64,000 nt of DNA from Candidatus Dojkabacteria bacterium (GTDB taxonomy: Bacteria > Patescibacteriota > Dojkabacteria > SC72): the NCBI GenBank assembly GCA_050950165.1, contig JBMNHC010000001.1:529073-593072 (forward strand), in the 5' to 3' direction. Positions 1 to 8,672 of the stretch are shown one piece after another. The stretch's first letter is position 1. Every line of letters begins with the position of its first letter. The translations under genes were made by a program, and so were the position numbers. The notes under the pieces are model-generated. The model ran no database searches, was not told the DNA's origin, and worked only from the letters and a program-made list of their open reading frames with translations.

Positions 1-75
1 TTCATTAAATATGGAATATTTATATGGGTGAAGCGATGTTTGCTTCAAAAAAAATAATACCTTGGAGGTAATAAA

Positions 76-777
76 ATGTCAGACGAAGTTACAGAAGAAG
101 TTGTTGAACCTGTCGCGGTTGAACCCGTTGCAGAGGAAGAAGATGCTCCGCGCCGCCCTGTGTGGCCGTGGATTGTCACGCTGATGGGGGTGATTATTAT
201 CATCCTTCTCGCAATTCTTGCTCGGAAGAACGCCGCACAAAGTGCCGGAACCATTTCTGATGTGGATACGACATCTCCTCAGGGAGAAGTCGCTTCTGTA
301 GTATCCTGGAAGGATGCTGTGGAATACCACGAAGGTGGCTCTGGTCCTGCGGATCCCGCTGGGCAGCTCGAAGGCGATATAACCACCGTGGATCATACCA
401 ATCGGTTGATTGTAAGCAATCAGGACCTTGATGTCCGAGGATGTTTTCCTCGGCTTAATGATGATGTGTGGAAGGCAGTCGTTGCCTGGGCAGATCAGTG
501 GGGTGATGACTCACCAACGCGTATTGAATGGCAGCTGAACGAATCCCGTTGCTCCTGGGTTTTCCCTGGGAACATCACCGACCGGATCTCCGAGTCTGAT
601 TACGAGGATCTCCTCGCGATTATGGCTGGTGCCGGATACGATGATACGTGGTTTGTTTCGGGTCCCGAGGGCGGGGAATTTGGTCGTATGACCTATGAGG
701 AGATGGTTTCCATCACCCCTCTGTTCTCTCGTGTCCATGTTTACGGACCTGCCCTCTCGGCTATGCCGACTAAGTAA
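76..777 (+). CDS. hypothetical single-pass membrane protein, anomalously high GC
   Basis: 233-aa ORF with GGAGGT RBS at 64-69. Acidic N-terminus followed by one hydrophobic helix (WPWIVTLMGVIIIILLAILA). Sampled 60-nt lines are 50-63% GC, versus about 23% in a sampled line of the next gene. Confidence 0.75.
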   Translation: MSDEVTEEVVEPVAVEPVAEEEDAPRRPVWPWIVTLMGVIIIILLAILARKNAAQSAGTISDVDTTSPQGEVASVVSWKDAVEYHEGGSGPADPAGQLEGDITTVDHTNRLIVSNQDLDVRGCFPRLNDDVWKAVVAWADQWGDDSPTRIEWQLNESRCSWVFPGNITDRISESDYEDLLAIMAGAGYDDTWFVSGPEGGEFGRMTYEEMVSITPLFSRVHVYGPALSAMPTK

Positions 778-915
778 GCTTCACCCACCCCGGTTTGACG
801 GAGGCCTTTTGTATAATAAAAAACTCGTAAGAGTATAAATAAAAACAAGAGACCTCCGTTCGAACCCCCTAGATAAAAACACTTCAAAAATAATAAAAAA
901 TATATATAATGAGAT

Positions 916-3741
916 ATGAACATCTCATTTTTTTTGTTTAAAAATCGAAAGAAACTAATTATATATCTAATAGGTCTAACATTAATACTCTTTCTTGTAT
1001 ATTGGTTTATACTTAGATACCCAGGCTATATATACTATTGGGATTTAAGTGGAGCTTTTGATTTCAGAGACCCATTTAGCCAATACTTCAACATATACAC
1101 CCCTTGGGATGGTAACAATATTGGAGTAAGAAATAGGTTACCTATTGTATTTACTTTATATTTATTACTCAAACCATTACTACTTGTTGGAGTAAGTAAT
1201 GAGATAGTGATTAAGGTAGCTACTACACTACTGTTTGTAGGAGGATATACTGTGATGTATTTTCTAGCTCCTAAGTTTGTAAAGATATTTGCTAAAACAG
1301 AAGTAGAAAGACAATCAGGAATATATATATGGGCATTATTAATAGCACTACTCTACTCCTTTATACCTTTTTATGTGTATAGAGTATCTCAATTACATCT
1401 ATTTTATATGAGTGTATTCTATCCTTTACATATATATCTTTTTATTAAACTATTTGAATCTAAGAAGTTTAATCCAAGATATATTGTTTTTTTTGTAATA
1501 TCTATGTTCTTTGGATTAACTACTCCTAATATAATTGTGTTTGAACTATTTACTTTCATTGTATTAGGAATAGTACTTCTGATATCTAGAATAAAAGATA
1601 AGGAAGGTATTAAAGTAGTTATTACTAATTTTCTTCTTGCAGGAGTATTTGTATTTGTTACAAATATATATTGGATATTCCCCTATTTTATTCAAGGTTC
1701 TCCTCAACCAGGGTATGTTATTAATTCAACAATGATAGATTTGTTGTCTCAGGGAATTACATTTAAGAATTTCTTACTTGGACAGTCTGAATGGTTTGTT
1801 AATCAAGGAGATTTAGGTATTTTGGAAACCAAAGATGATGCAATACACCTACTTCAAATATTTGGTATTTCTATCTTTTATACTGTTTCCTTAATAGCTT
1901 TAGTTAGATATATTAAAAAGAGATATATAGTACCAATTGTCATATTTCTTTTAATATCTCCTCTACTCATATTTAATTTACTACCGTTTCAGAAGGAGCT
2001 ACAAGAAGCTCTGGTATACTCTCCTTTGGGATGGATATTTAGAGAGGTAAATAGGGTATCTTTTTTCTGGGCGTTCTGGACATTTATTCTCTTTTTAGTA
2101 GGTACATACTCTTTGTATGAAAGTATCCTGTTAGATGGGAGATTGAATAGGATATTGAAGATTATTGTATTTCCAGCAATATTTATTCCTTTCATTATCT
2201 TCCTTCTACCAGTAAATATTAAGTTCTTTCAATACCTCAAACCGATTGAAATACCAAATGAAGTCAATGAGATTTTTAAAGTACTTGAAGAAGATGAAGA
2301 GTATTTTAGTGTTCTATACTATCCCAATGTAGACTCATACTCTATACCTTGGATGAAGGATAAGTTCCCTATTGCTGATGCTGAAGAGTATAAATTACTA
2401 GCGTACAATTCTCCAAAGCCTCCTGTTGGAATTAGTAGTGTCATACCAAACGCTAAGACATATCAAGAACTTCTAACGGAGTATTTAATACAAAATAGGG
2501 AGATATTTCCCAATTTATCTCACCTTCTATCAGGTATAGGTGTTAAATATATTGTAGTGAATAAAACAGCAGAACCAATTAATATAAATGTTGATTATGT
2601 TAGAGCAGAGGTAGTATATCCTGTCTATCTATACCTACAAAACAGTGAAGAGTTTGAAGAGGTCTTAGTTAACAATTACTATGTTCTTTTCAAAAATAAT
2701 GATTTTAGGGGAGTTATTTCTAATGGAAACAACGATATATATACAACTGCATCATTTAATATTTTAGAGCATATTCATCCTGATATTGTAAAAAAATATA
2801 ATGTTAAATTTTGTGGATTTAAAGAAAATTACAGAGAGTGTTTTGAGAAGGGAAGATTTAAGAAAACTTTCTTTAAGTACGAAAAAGATACTTACTTCTA
2901 TTTAGATTTCCTTACAAAAGAAGAGAAAGAGAAATATGGAGTATATGTATATGATTATACTTCTGAACATAGAGTAGGATTAGATTGGGGAAGGGCATCA
3001 TATTACGATAAGGTAAATGGAGAACTTCATAATATTTTTAGAAGGTACGGTATTAGTGGGTGGGACTTCGAAATTACAGATAAGGTTGTTTATTCAGACT
3101 TACCCTTTATTAAAAAAGATGAAGGATATAAATCATCTATATCTTTAAAAAATGAAATAGAGTGTGTGGGAGAGTGTGAAGTGTATGCATACATACTCTA
3201 TAACCATATTGGTGGAGAGTTAGAAATAGAGGTTGGAGATAATAGGTATGAGATAGATACCCAAAGTGATTTTGAGGTATACAGATGGACAAAGTTAGGA
3301 GATATTGATATTGGAAATCCTGAGTTGGATTTTAGTATAGAGAATAGTAATGGATTTGCTAGTATTGGAGGAATTCTGATTCTTCCTAAATCTTTAATGA
3401 CAAAACTTGATGAGAGAATATCTGAGATATCATTTTTAGATGTAGCTGAGGACTCAGTAATTCCTATGGGAGATATTAATATCTCTCCAGATAGTTGTAA
3501 TTTTACAGATATACAGTACAGACATAATAGAATTACTGCTTTTACAGATTGCGAAGATACTAGAAATATATATCTAAGCAATTACTATTATGACTATATA
3601 GTAGATAGAAAAGATGATAGGGTTGAGATAGTACTTAATAACTATAAAAATGTTTATTTAATGTTTTTATTCTTTAGCTCAGCAGTACTTCCTATCTTAG
3701 TAGTAACACTTCTAACTTTGTCTAAAAAGAGGCGTGTCTGA
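916..3741 (+). CDS. polytopic membrane protein, putative GT-C-fold glycosyltransferase (YfhO/AftD-like) with large extracellular domain
   Basis: Many TM helices in the first ~430 aa, an Asp after TM1 (YWD), a GIGVKYIVV motif in the soluble part, and a C-terminal TM followed by KKRRV. Adjacent to a GT4 gene. Confidence 0.6.
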   Translation: MNISFFLFKNRKKLIIYLIGLTLILFLVYWFILRYPGYIYYWDLSGAFDFRDPFSQYFNIYTPWDGNNIGVRNRLPIVFTLYLLLKPLLLVGVSNEIVIKVATTLLFVGGYTVMYFLAPKFVKIFAKTEVERQSGIYIWALLIALLYSFIPFYVYRVSQLHLFYMSVFYPLHIYLFIKLFESKKFNPRYIVFFVISMFFGLTTPNIIVFELFTFIVLGIVLLISRIKDKEGIKVVITNFLLAGVFVFVTNIYWIFPYFIQGSPQPGYVINSTMIDLLSQGITFKNFLLGQSEWFVNQGDLGILETKDDAIHLLQIFGISIFYTVSLIALVRYIKKRYIVPIVIFLLISPLLIFNLLPFQKELQEALVYSPLGWIFREVNRVSFFWAFWTFILFLVGTYSLYESILLDGRLNRILKIIVFPAIFIPFIIFLLPVNIKFFQYLKPIEIPNEVNEIFKVLEEDEEYFSVLYYPNVDSYSIPWMKDKFPIADAEEYKLLAYNSPKPPVGISSVIPNAKTYQELLTEYLIQNREIFPNLSHLLSGIGVKYIVVNKTAEPININVDYVRAEVVYPVYLYLQNSEEFEEVLVNNYYVLFKNNDFRGVISNGNNDIYTTASFNILEHIHPDIVKKYNVKFCGFKENYRECFEKGRFKKTFFKYEKDTYFYLDFLTKEEKEKYGVYVYDYTSEHRVGLDWGRASYYDKVNGELHNIFRRYGISGWDFEITDKVVYSDLPFIKKDEGYKSSISLKNEIECVGECEVYAYILYNHIGGELEIEVGDNRYEIDTQSDFEVYRWTKLGDIDIGNPELDFSIENSNGFASIGGILILPKSLMTKLDERISEISFLDVAEDSVIPMGDINISPDSCNFTDIQYRHNRITAFTDCEDTRNIYLSNYYYDYIVDRKDDRVEIVLNNYKNVYLMFLFFSSAVLPILVVTLLTLSKKRRV

Positions 3742-4811
3742 TTACTCCATTCAAAGTTTGTTGCCCATTTAATACAGTTATTCTGCTTACTAACATATTC
3801 TTCACTATTTGTTTGAATTCCCTCTATAGCTTCTTTCCAAGTTTCTTTTAAAGAGTTTTGTATAAAGTAACCAGTTTTATCACTAACACTATCTATTAAT
3901 CCAGGAACAGGATAACAGATGGTTGGAGTTCCTTTAGCTGCTGCCTCTATTACAGTAATTCCCCACCCTTCTTTTCTTGAAAATTGAACATGTAAGTGAG
4001 CTTTATCAAGAAGATCTTCTTTCTCTTGCTCTGAAATATATCCAAGAAATTTAACATTTTCATCAAGACCTTTCTCTTTTACTAGAGCTTTTAATCTAGT
4101 CTCATCCTCTCCCTTACCTGCAATTTTAAGAATAATGTTGTTAATATTTAGTTGTTTTTTTGAATACTCAATCATTTCAATTGCCTCCTCTATATGCTTC
4201 GTAGCCTTAATTCTTCCAAGAGAAACGATAAGGATGGGATCATTTTTCTTTTCTACTCTGTTTAGAACTTTTACATCTATACCGTTATATATAATGGTAA
4301 GATTCTTCTCTTTAAAACCATTTGATATTAGATCTTTTTTAGAAGAGGGAGAAACAGTAACTATATTCTTTTCTCTTTTATAGATCAAAGTAGTCATTTT
4401 TGTAAAAATGAAAGAGGCAATACCTCCAAGAAAAGTTCCGTATGCAGAAATCCACTCAGGAGATTGTAGATGATGTATTACAGTTATGTTATTTCTGTTA
4501 TAAAGGGGAATATTGAACGGTACAGCATTAAAGTTCTCTATTAAAAGATTACTCTCTTTTTTAAGATTAAAGATGTAGTAGAGAGGAGCAAGGATATAGA
4601 GGGAGATAGAGTTTCCCATCCTGATATACTCTATACCATCTCTAATTTCTTCTTTTTTAGAACCTTTATACCTTGAGGTAAGATATTTAACTGTATATCC
4701 ATTGTCTCTTAGAGTTTCAACCATCTTTGTGATATATACTTCTGCTCCTCCTGCTTCTGGATGCCAGATATCTCTCCATGCCATTACTACAATATTTTTA
4801 TTCTCTTTCAT
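3654..4811 (-). CDS. glycosyltransferase family 4 (GT-B)
   Basis: N-terminal WRDIWHPEAGGAE, GRIKATKH, and EGWGITVIEAAAKGTP (EX7E motif). Alternative TTG start at 4820. Confidence 0.9.
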   Translation of the reverse strand: MKENKNIVVMAWRDIWHPEAGGAEVYITKMVETLRDNGYTVKYLTSRYKGSKKEEIRDGIEYIRMGNSISLYILAPLYYIFNLKKESNLLIENFNAVPFNIPLYNRNNITVIHHLQSPEWISAYGTFLGGIASFIFTKMTTLIYKREKNIVTVSPSSKKDLISNGFKEKNLTIIYNGIDVKVLNRVEKKNDPILIVSLGRIKATKHIEEAIEMIEYSKKQLNINNIILKIAGKGEDETRLKALVKEKGLDENVKFLGYISEQEKEDLLDKAHLHVQFSRKEGWGITVIEAAAKGTPTICYPVPGLIDSVSDKTGYFIQNSLKETWKEAIEGIQTNSEEYVSKQNNCIKWATNFEWSNQTRLFLDKVRSVTTKIGSTAELKNKNIK

Positions 4812-6390
4812 AGATTTCAAAATATTCGTTATAACTTATCTTTCTTAACCCCTCAATCAATGCCCTACTCTTTTGAATAGCAAAGTCATCGAGATTAATT
4901 TCTGCACTTCTGTCATAGATAACATATTCAATATCATCAGGGATAAGTCCACTGTTGAATATCTCTTCATACGTTGGTGCATATTCATATAGATTTGCAC
5001 CATCCACTATCTCCGAGTTATTAATATATGAGATGAAATCAGAACCGTAGTAGCCCCAGTTATACTCTCTCATGTATAGCTTTTGGGGACTTGGAAGAAT
5101 TAATATCTTTGAATCTCTTGGAATATTAAAATACTCTTGAGGAATATTGACTTCTGTTTTTGAAGAGATCAAATTACCACTTAATACAGGATATGAATAG
5201 AGGATAAGGCTAATTAGAATGATTGGAAGGATAATCTTGCGTAGTTTAGTAAGATGAGAGATTGTAATTGCGCAAAGAAGAGTTAAAGGTAATACATATA
5301 TTGGCCATAGCTTACTTGAGGGCCATCTTAAGGCTTCTTTGATAAACGGAATTTTTTCAATTACAGAAACACCAAATCTACTGGATAGGAAAAGGAAGAG
5401 TAAAAGGAAGGTAGTAAGTCCAATTACTTTTTTACTTTTCTTAACGGTAAGTGCTAGAAGAGATAGTACAAAAGGTATTACTCCAAGTAAAGTATAAAAT
5501 ATATTCTCTTTATATATTTCATAATATTCAAATATAGGGGAGTTTGCAGAGTCGTGTAGCTCCATCCATCCCGTTGAGAAATTTGCAACATTAAGTAAAG
5601 AGTTTGTCTTTTCTGAGGCAATAATGCCTGAAGATATTCTATCCATATATGGATGTTGTACTAAATCTCTAATGTAGTTAAAAATTTGAACTATAAATAG
5701 AGAACTATCCCTATTAATCAACATTGTAAACTGTATTAAGATTAACCAAAAAAGTACTAATCCAGTAGCCCAAATTAAAAGTCTCTTAATATGAGAGTTC
5801 TTTTTAGAGAGTACGAAAGCTATTAAAACAATTTGAGATGTAAATAGCAAAAAAGCAACAATATTAAGTGATGTTGTAAGAAAAAGAATCGATAGAACAG
5901 AGATAAATATATAATCTCTCAGTATTAGTTTCTCACTTGAAAGGAAATATATTAATAGAGGAACAGTACCGTATGATGCGATAAAGAGAAAATTTGGATT
6001 TGAGAATATCCAGATAGAAAATAGACCTGTTATTAATACTATTGAAGAGAGTATCGAAGCTATACTACTTCTGGTAATACGTTTGGTTAAAAGTGCTACC
6101 CCAATTGAACCAAGTAGGAAATTGAATGATAGGTATAGATTGGAAATGATCTCTGGTGTTAATTGAAGGACTTTTAATAGATAGAGGAAGAGGGCTTGAA
6201 AGAGAATACCTCCATAGATAATTGCTGAGGTCCCTTTTATCCTTCCTAATATATCAGAAATATTAAAATATGGACTAGCATTATCCAAACCTATTACTAA
6301 TTTACTAAAGTCGAAGTTTAGGATAATTATCAGAAGAGATATACCTGTAACAATGATTAGGTAATAATTTTTTCTTAGGAAAGGAATCAT
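4798..6390 (-). CDS. polytopic membrane protein, putative GT-C-fold glycosyltransferase
   Basis: More than 10 hydrophobic helices, an Asp after TM1 (GLDN), and a soluble C-terminal part. Overlaps the GT4 start, suggesting translational coupling. Confidence 0.5.
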   Translation of the reverse strand: MIPFLRKNYYLIIVTGISLLIIILNFDFSKLVIGLDNASPYFNISDILGRIKGTSAIIYGGILFQALFLYLLKVLQLTPEIISNLYLSFNFLLGSIGVALLTKRITRSSIASILSSIVLITGLFSIWIFSNPNFLFIASYGTVPLLIYFLSSEKLILRDYIFISVLSILFLTTSLNIVAFLLFTSQIVLIAFVLSKKNSHIKRLLIWATGLVLFWLILIQFTMLINRDSSLFIVQIFNYIRDLVQHPYMDRISSGIIASEKTNSLLNVANFSTGWMELHDSANSPIFEYYEIYKENIFYTLLGVIPFVLSLLALTVKKSKKVIGLTTFLLLFLFLSSRFGVSVIEKIPFIKEALRWPSSKLWPIYVLPLTLLCAITISHLTKLRKIILPIILISLILYSYPVLSGNLISSKTEVNIPQEYFNIPRDSKILILPSPQKLYMREYNWGYYGSDFISYINNSEIVDGANLYEYAPTYEEIFNSGLIPDDIEYVIYDRSAEINLDDFAIQKSRALIEGLRKISYNEYFEIYERE

Positions 6391-6424
6391 AGATAAATAT
6401 TAGCATATCTTCTAAATAATAAAC

Positions 6425-6449
6425 AAAAGACCCTCTTGCGAGGGTCTTT
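6425..6449 (-). terminator. intrinsic terminator after the small secreted protein gene
   Basis: The minus strand reads AAAGACCCTC-GCAA-GAGGGTCTTTT: a perfect stem, GNRA loop and U tract. Confidence 0.8.
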
Positions 6450-6457
6450 ATATCAAA

Positions 6458-6694
6458 TTACTTAAGAACTTTCTTCTTTAAAAATTTAGACCCTGTAATT
6501 AAAAGTACTCCACCAATATATGATGCAATACCTAGAAATACTAAGATGTCTAAATCTTCTAATCCTGTTGGAACAGGCTTATGAGGTCCATATGGATCAT
6601 AAGGACTGCCGTCAGCAAATACATTTGCTACGTTAGAAGATAATATTGTTAAAGAGATTAAAGTGCTAAGTAATAAAGTTTTAATCTTTCTCAT
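6458..6694 (-). CDS. small secreted protein with C-terminal sortase-type sorting signal (PVPTG + TM + basic tail)
   Basis: Signal peptide ending ANVFA, then DGSPYDPYGPHKPVPTG, a hydrophobic helix and KFLKKKVLK. Lies directly downstream of a sortase gene. Confidence 0.7.
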   Translation of the reverse strand: MRKIKTLLLSTLISLTILSSNVANVFADGSPYDPYGPHKPVPTGLEDLDILVFLGIASYIGGVLLITGSKFLKKKVLK

Positions 6695-6762
6695 AGATAA
6701 GTAAGATTAAAAATTATTTAATTACAGGATAATTATAACATAAATAGATATATAATGCAACA

Positions 6763-7410
6763 CTATAGGGCAGTACTTTCTATTAGATTAGCATATCTAA
6801 AAATACGAACAGGTGTATTAAAGAATTTACAGGTATAGAGTATTAAATCGGCATTATAATCCGTAATATATGTTCCCTCCCCTTCTGCATATATCATGTA
6901 TCGAAATTTTCTCTGTTCCCATATTATTTCAATAATATCTCCATTCTTTGTTTTTGGTAGATTATAAAAAGATATTACATTTCTTGTCTCTTTAGTCCAT
7001 GATTTATATCCAAATCTATGTGCAGCAAGTATAATTGGAGTTTTACCATTCATTGGAGAACCGAATTCTGGTACCATCCATGTACCATTCCTAAGTGCAC
7101 TGATGTAGTCTTGCTCTGCAGATATTGGTGAGTTAATCCCTATACTAGGTATTCTAATGTATGGCTTAGTTGGTAATGAAAGATCAACAGGAGGTAGTAT
7201 ATCTTCCTCTACTACTTCAGTATTAATATTTTCTGTTGAAAATTCTTCTGTTAATGTTTCAATCTCTTTTTCAGTTTCTTTTGGATTAATATTGTAAACA
7301 ATGTAGGGTACTGTTGGTATTAAAAATACCCCTATTGAAACAACAACTAAAAGTATTCCAATGAACATATATAGGTTTGAAAGGTTTAAAAGAAATTTCT
7401 CTTTTTTCAT
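6763..7410 (-). CDS. sortase family protein
   Basis: N-terminal TM, IRIPSIGI, catalytic His (LAAHRFG), Cys (LILYTC) and Arg (PVRI). Confidence 0.85.
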   Translation of the reverse strand: MKKEKFLLNLSNLYMFIGILLVVVSIGVFLIPTVPYIVYNINPKETEKEIETLTEEFSTENINTEVVEEDILPPVDLSLPTKPYIRIPSIGINSPISAEQDYISALRNGTWMVPEFGSPMNGKTPIILAAHRFGYKSWTKETRNVISFYNLPKTKNGDIIEIIWEQRKFRYMIYAEGEGTYITDYNADLILYTCKFFNTPVRIFRYANLIESTAL

Positions 7411-8214
7411 TTAGTTTTTACTTCTAAGATAGTTCTCTAGTATCATACCACTATTTATCATCTCTAGTGCATTACCCTTTCCAATATATCTGTAGTGCCA
7501 GCTTTCATGTTTATATCCAGTAATATGCTCATACCCTTTTGGATATGAGATTACGAAACCATATTTATACGCATTACTTTTCAACCATTTACTAGCTTTA
7601 GTATTAGAAAATCTATCTCCTAATGCATCCCCTATTTCATTTGTACTAAAATCGATAGTTGTTCCTAATTGATGCTGACTATGTCCTGCTCTTGCAGAGA
7701 ATGTATCTACATATTCTACATTATTATTATTTTTCTTCAGCCAGTAGTTATATGTACTTAGCTGTGTTTGATACGACCTGTATCCACTAACTATACTAAG
7801 ATCTATACCATCTGCTTTCGCATCAGATATCATATTAGTAAGATCAGCTATTAAGATATTTCTTAGGTAGTAACTGCTTCCTCTTCTAATACCTGAGTTA
7901 CTTGCTTTAACTAAATCCGATGGAGCGTATGTACTAGGAAGTTTGTACTGTTTATTAACAAGTACTAGTAAATGGTTTCCATTTTTAGTAGTTTCATATA
8001 TTGTATCTGGATATCTCCACCAACCATTAGTTGGTGTACTTTCTACTTTCTTCTCCTGGACTTTTTTAATAGGGGTACTATCTTCAGGGTAAACTACAGT
8101 GAAGATTTTCTCAATGGTCTCTTCTTTATCTTCTCTCCACTGCTCATCTTCTATCTTTTGAGGAAGAGAGAGTAAGAGTATAACTATCAAAATTGTAGTA
8201 AATATCTTTATCAT
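7411..8214 (-). CDS. D-alanyl-D-alanine carboxypeptidase, peptidase M15B (VanY-like)
   Basis: LVNK, SGYRS, SARAGHSQHQLG..D and ESWH zinc-peptidase motifs, plus an N-terminal anchor. Confidence 0.9.
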   Translation of the reverse strand: MIKIFTTILIVILLLSLPQKIEDEQWREDKEETIEKIFTVVYPEDSTPIKKVQEKKVESTPTNGWWRYPDTIYETTKNGNHLLVLVNKQYKLPSTYAPSDLVKASNSGIRRGSSYYLRNILIADLTNMISDAKADGIDLSIVSGYRSYQTQLSTYNYWLKKNNNNVEYVDTFSARAGHSQHQLGTTIDFSTNEIGDALGDRFSNTKASKWLKSNAYKYGFVISYPKGYEHITGYKHESWHYRYIGKGNALEMINSGMILENYLRSKN

Positions 8215-8371
8215 GATACTTAGATAGAGTATACCAAATATGTGTATTACTTTGTGGAGTAGTTGGTGATGTATAGTGTCTTTTATACAAGGTATTTACT
8301 ATGTCTATATAGGTCAGGAAGTATAAATATGTATCTGATATATTCAATTAATAAATTAGTGAGGTATAAGT

Positions 8372-8557
8372 ATGGAGGTAGAGGAGTTAACAAAAAAGCT
8401 TTATAACTATGAAAAAACTTTAAACAGTATCTTACTCAAGGTTAATAGGTTAGAGAATAGAAAGAAAAAGAAAAGAAAGATTGTAGAAACTAAAGAAGAG
8501 TGTGTTATATATCTTAGCTTTGCAGGGTTAAATAGTAGATTTCCTGGTAGTGATTAG
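8372..8557 (+). CDS. small hypothetical protein
   Basis: 61-aa ORF with GAGGT upstream. Basic and coiled-coil-like; no family recognised. Confidence 0.4.
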   Translation: MEVEELTKKLYNYEKTLNSILLKVNRLENRKKKKRKIVETKEECVIYLSFAGLNSRFPGSD

Positions 8558-8625
8558 ATATTGCTTTGATATAATATTGTTAGATTAAGGGAAAAGATAA
8601 GTGGATATGTAAAAGGGACTAAATA

Positions 8626-8634
8626 TGATATAAT
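8626..8634 (+). promoter_or_regulatory. extended -10 promoter (TGnTATAAT)
   Basis: TGATATAAT ending 38 nt upstream of the ATG at 8673. A second copy lies at 8567-8575. Confidence 0.5.
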
Positions 8635-8672
8635 GGTATAAGTTATTAATATATAAACTGTCTTACTTAATA

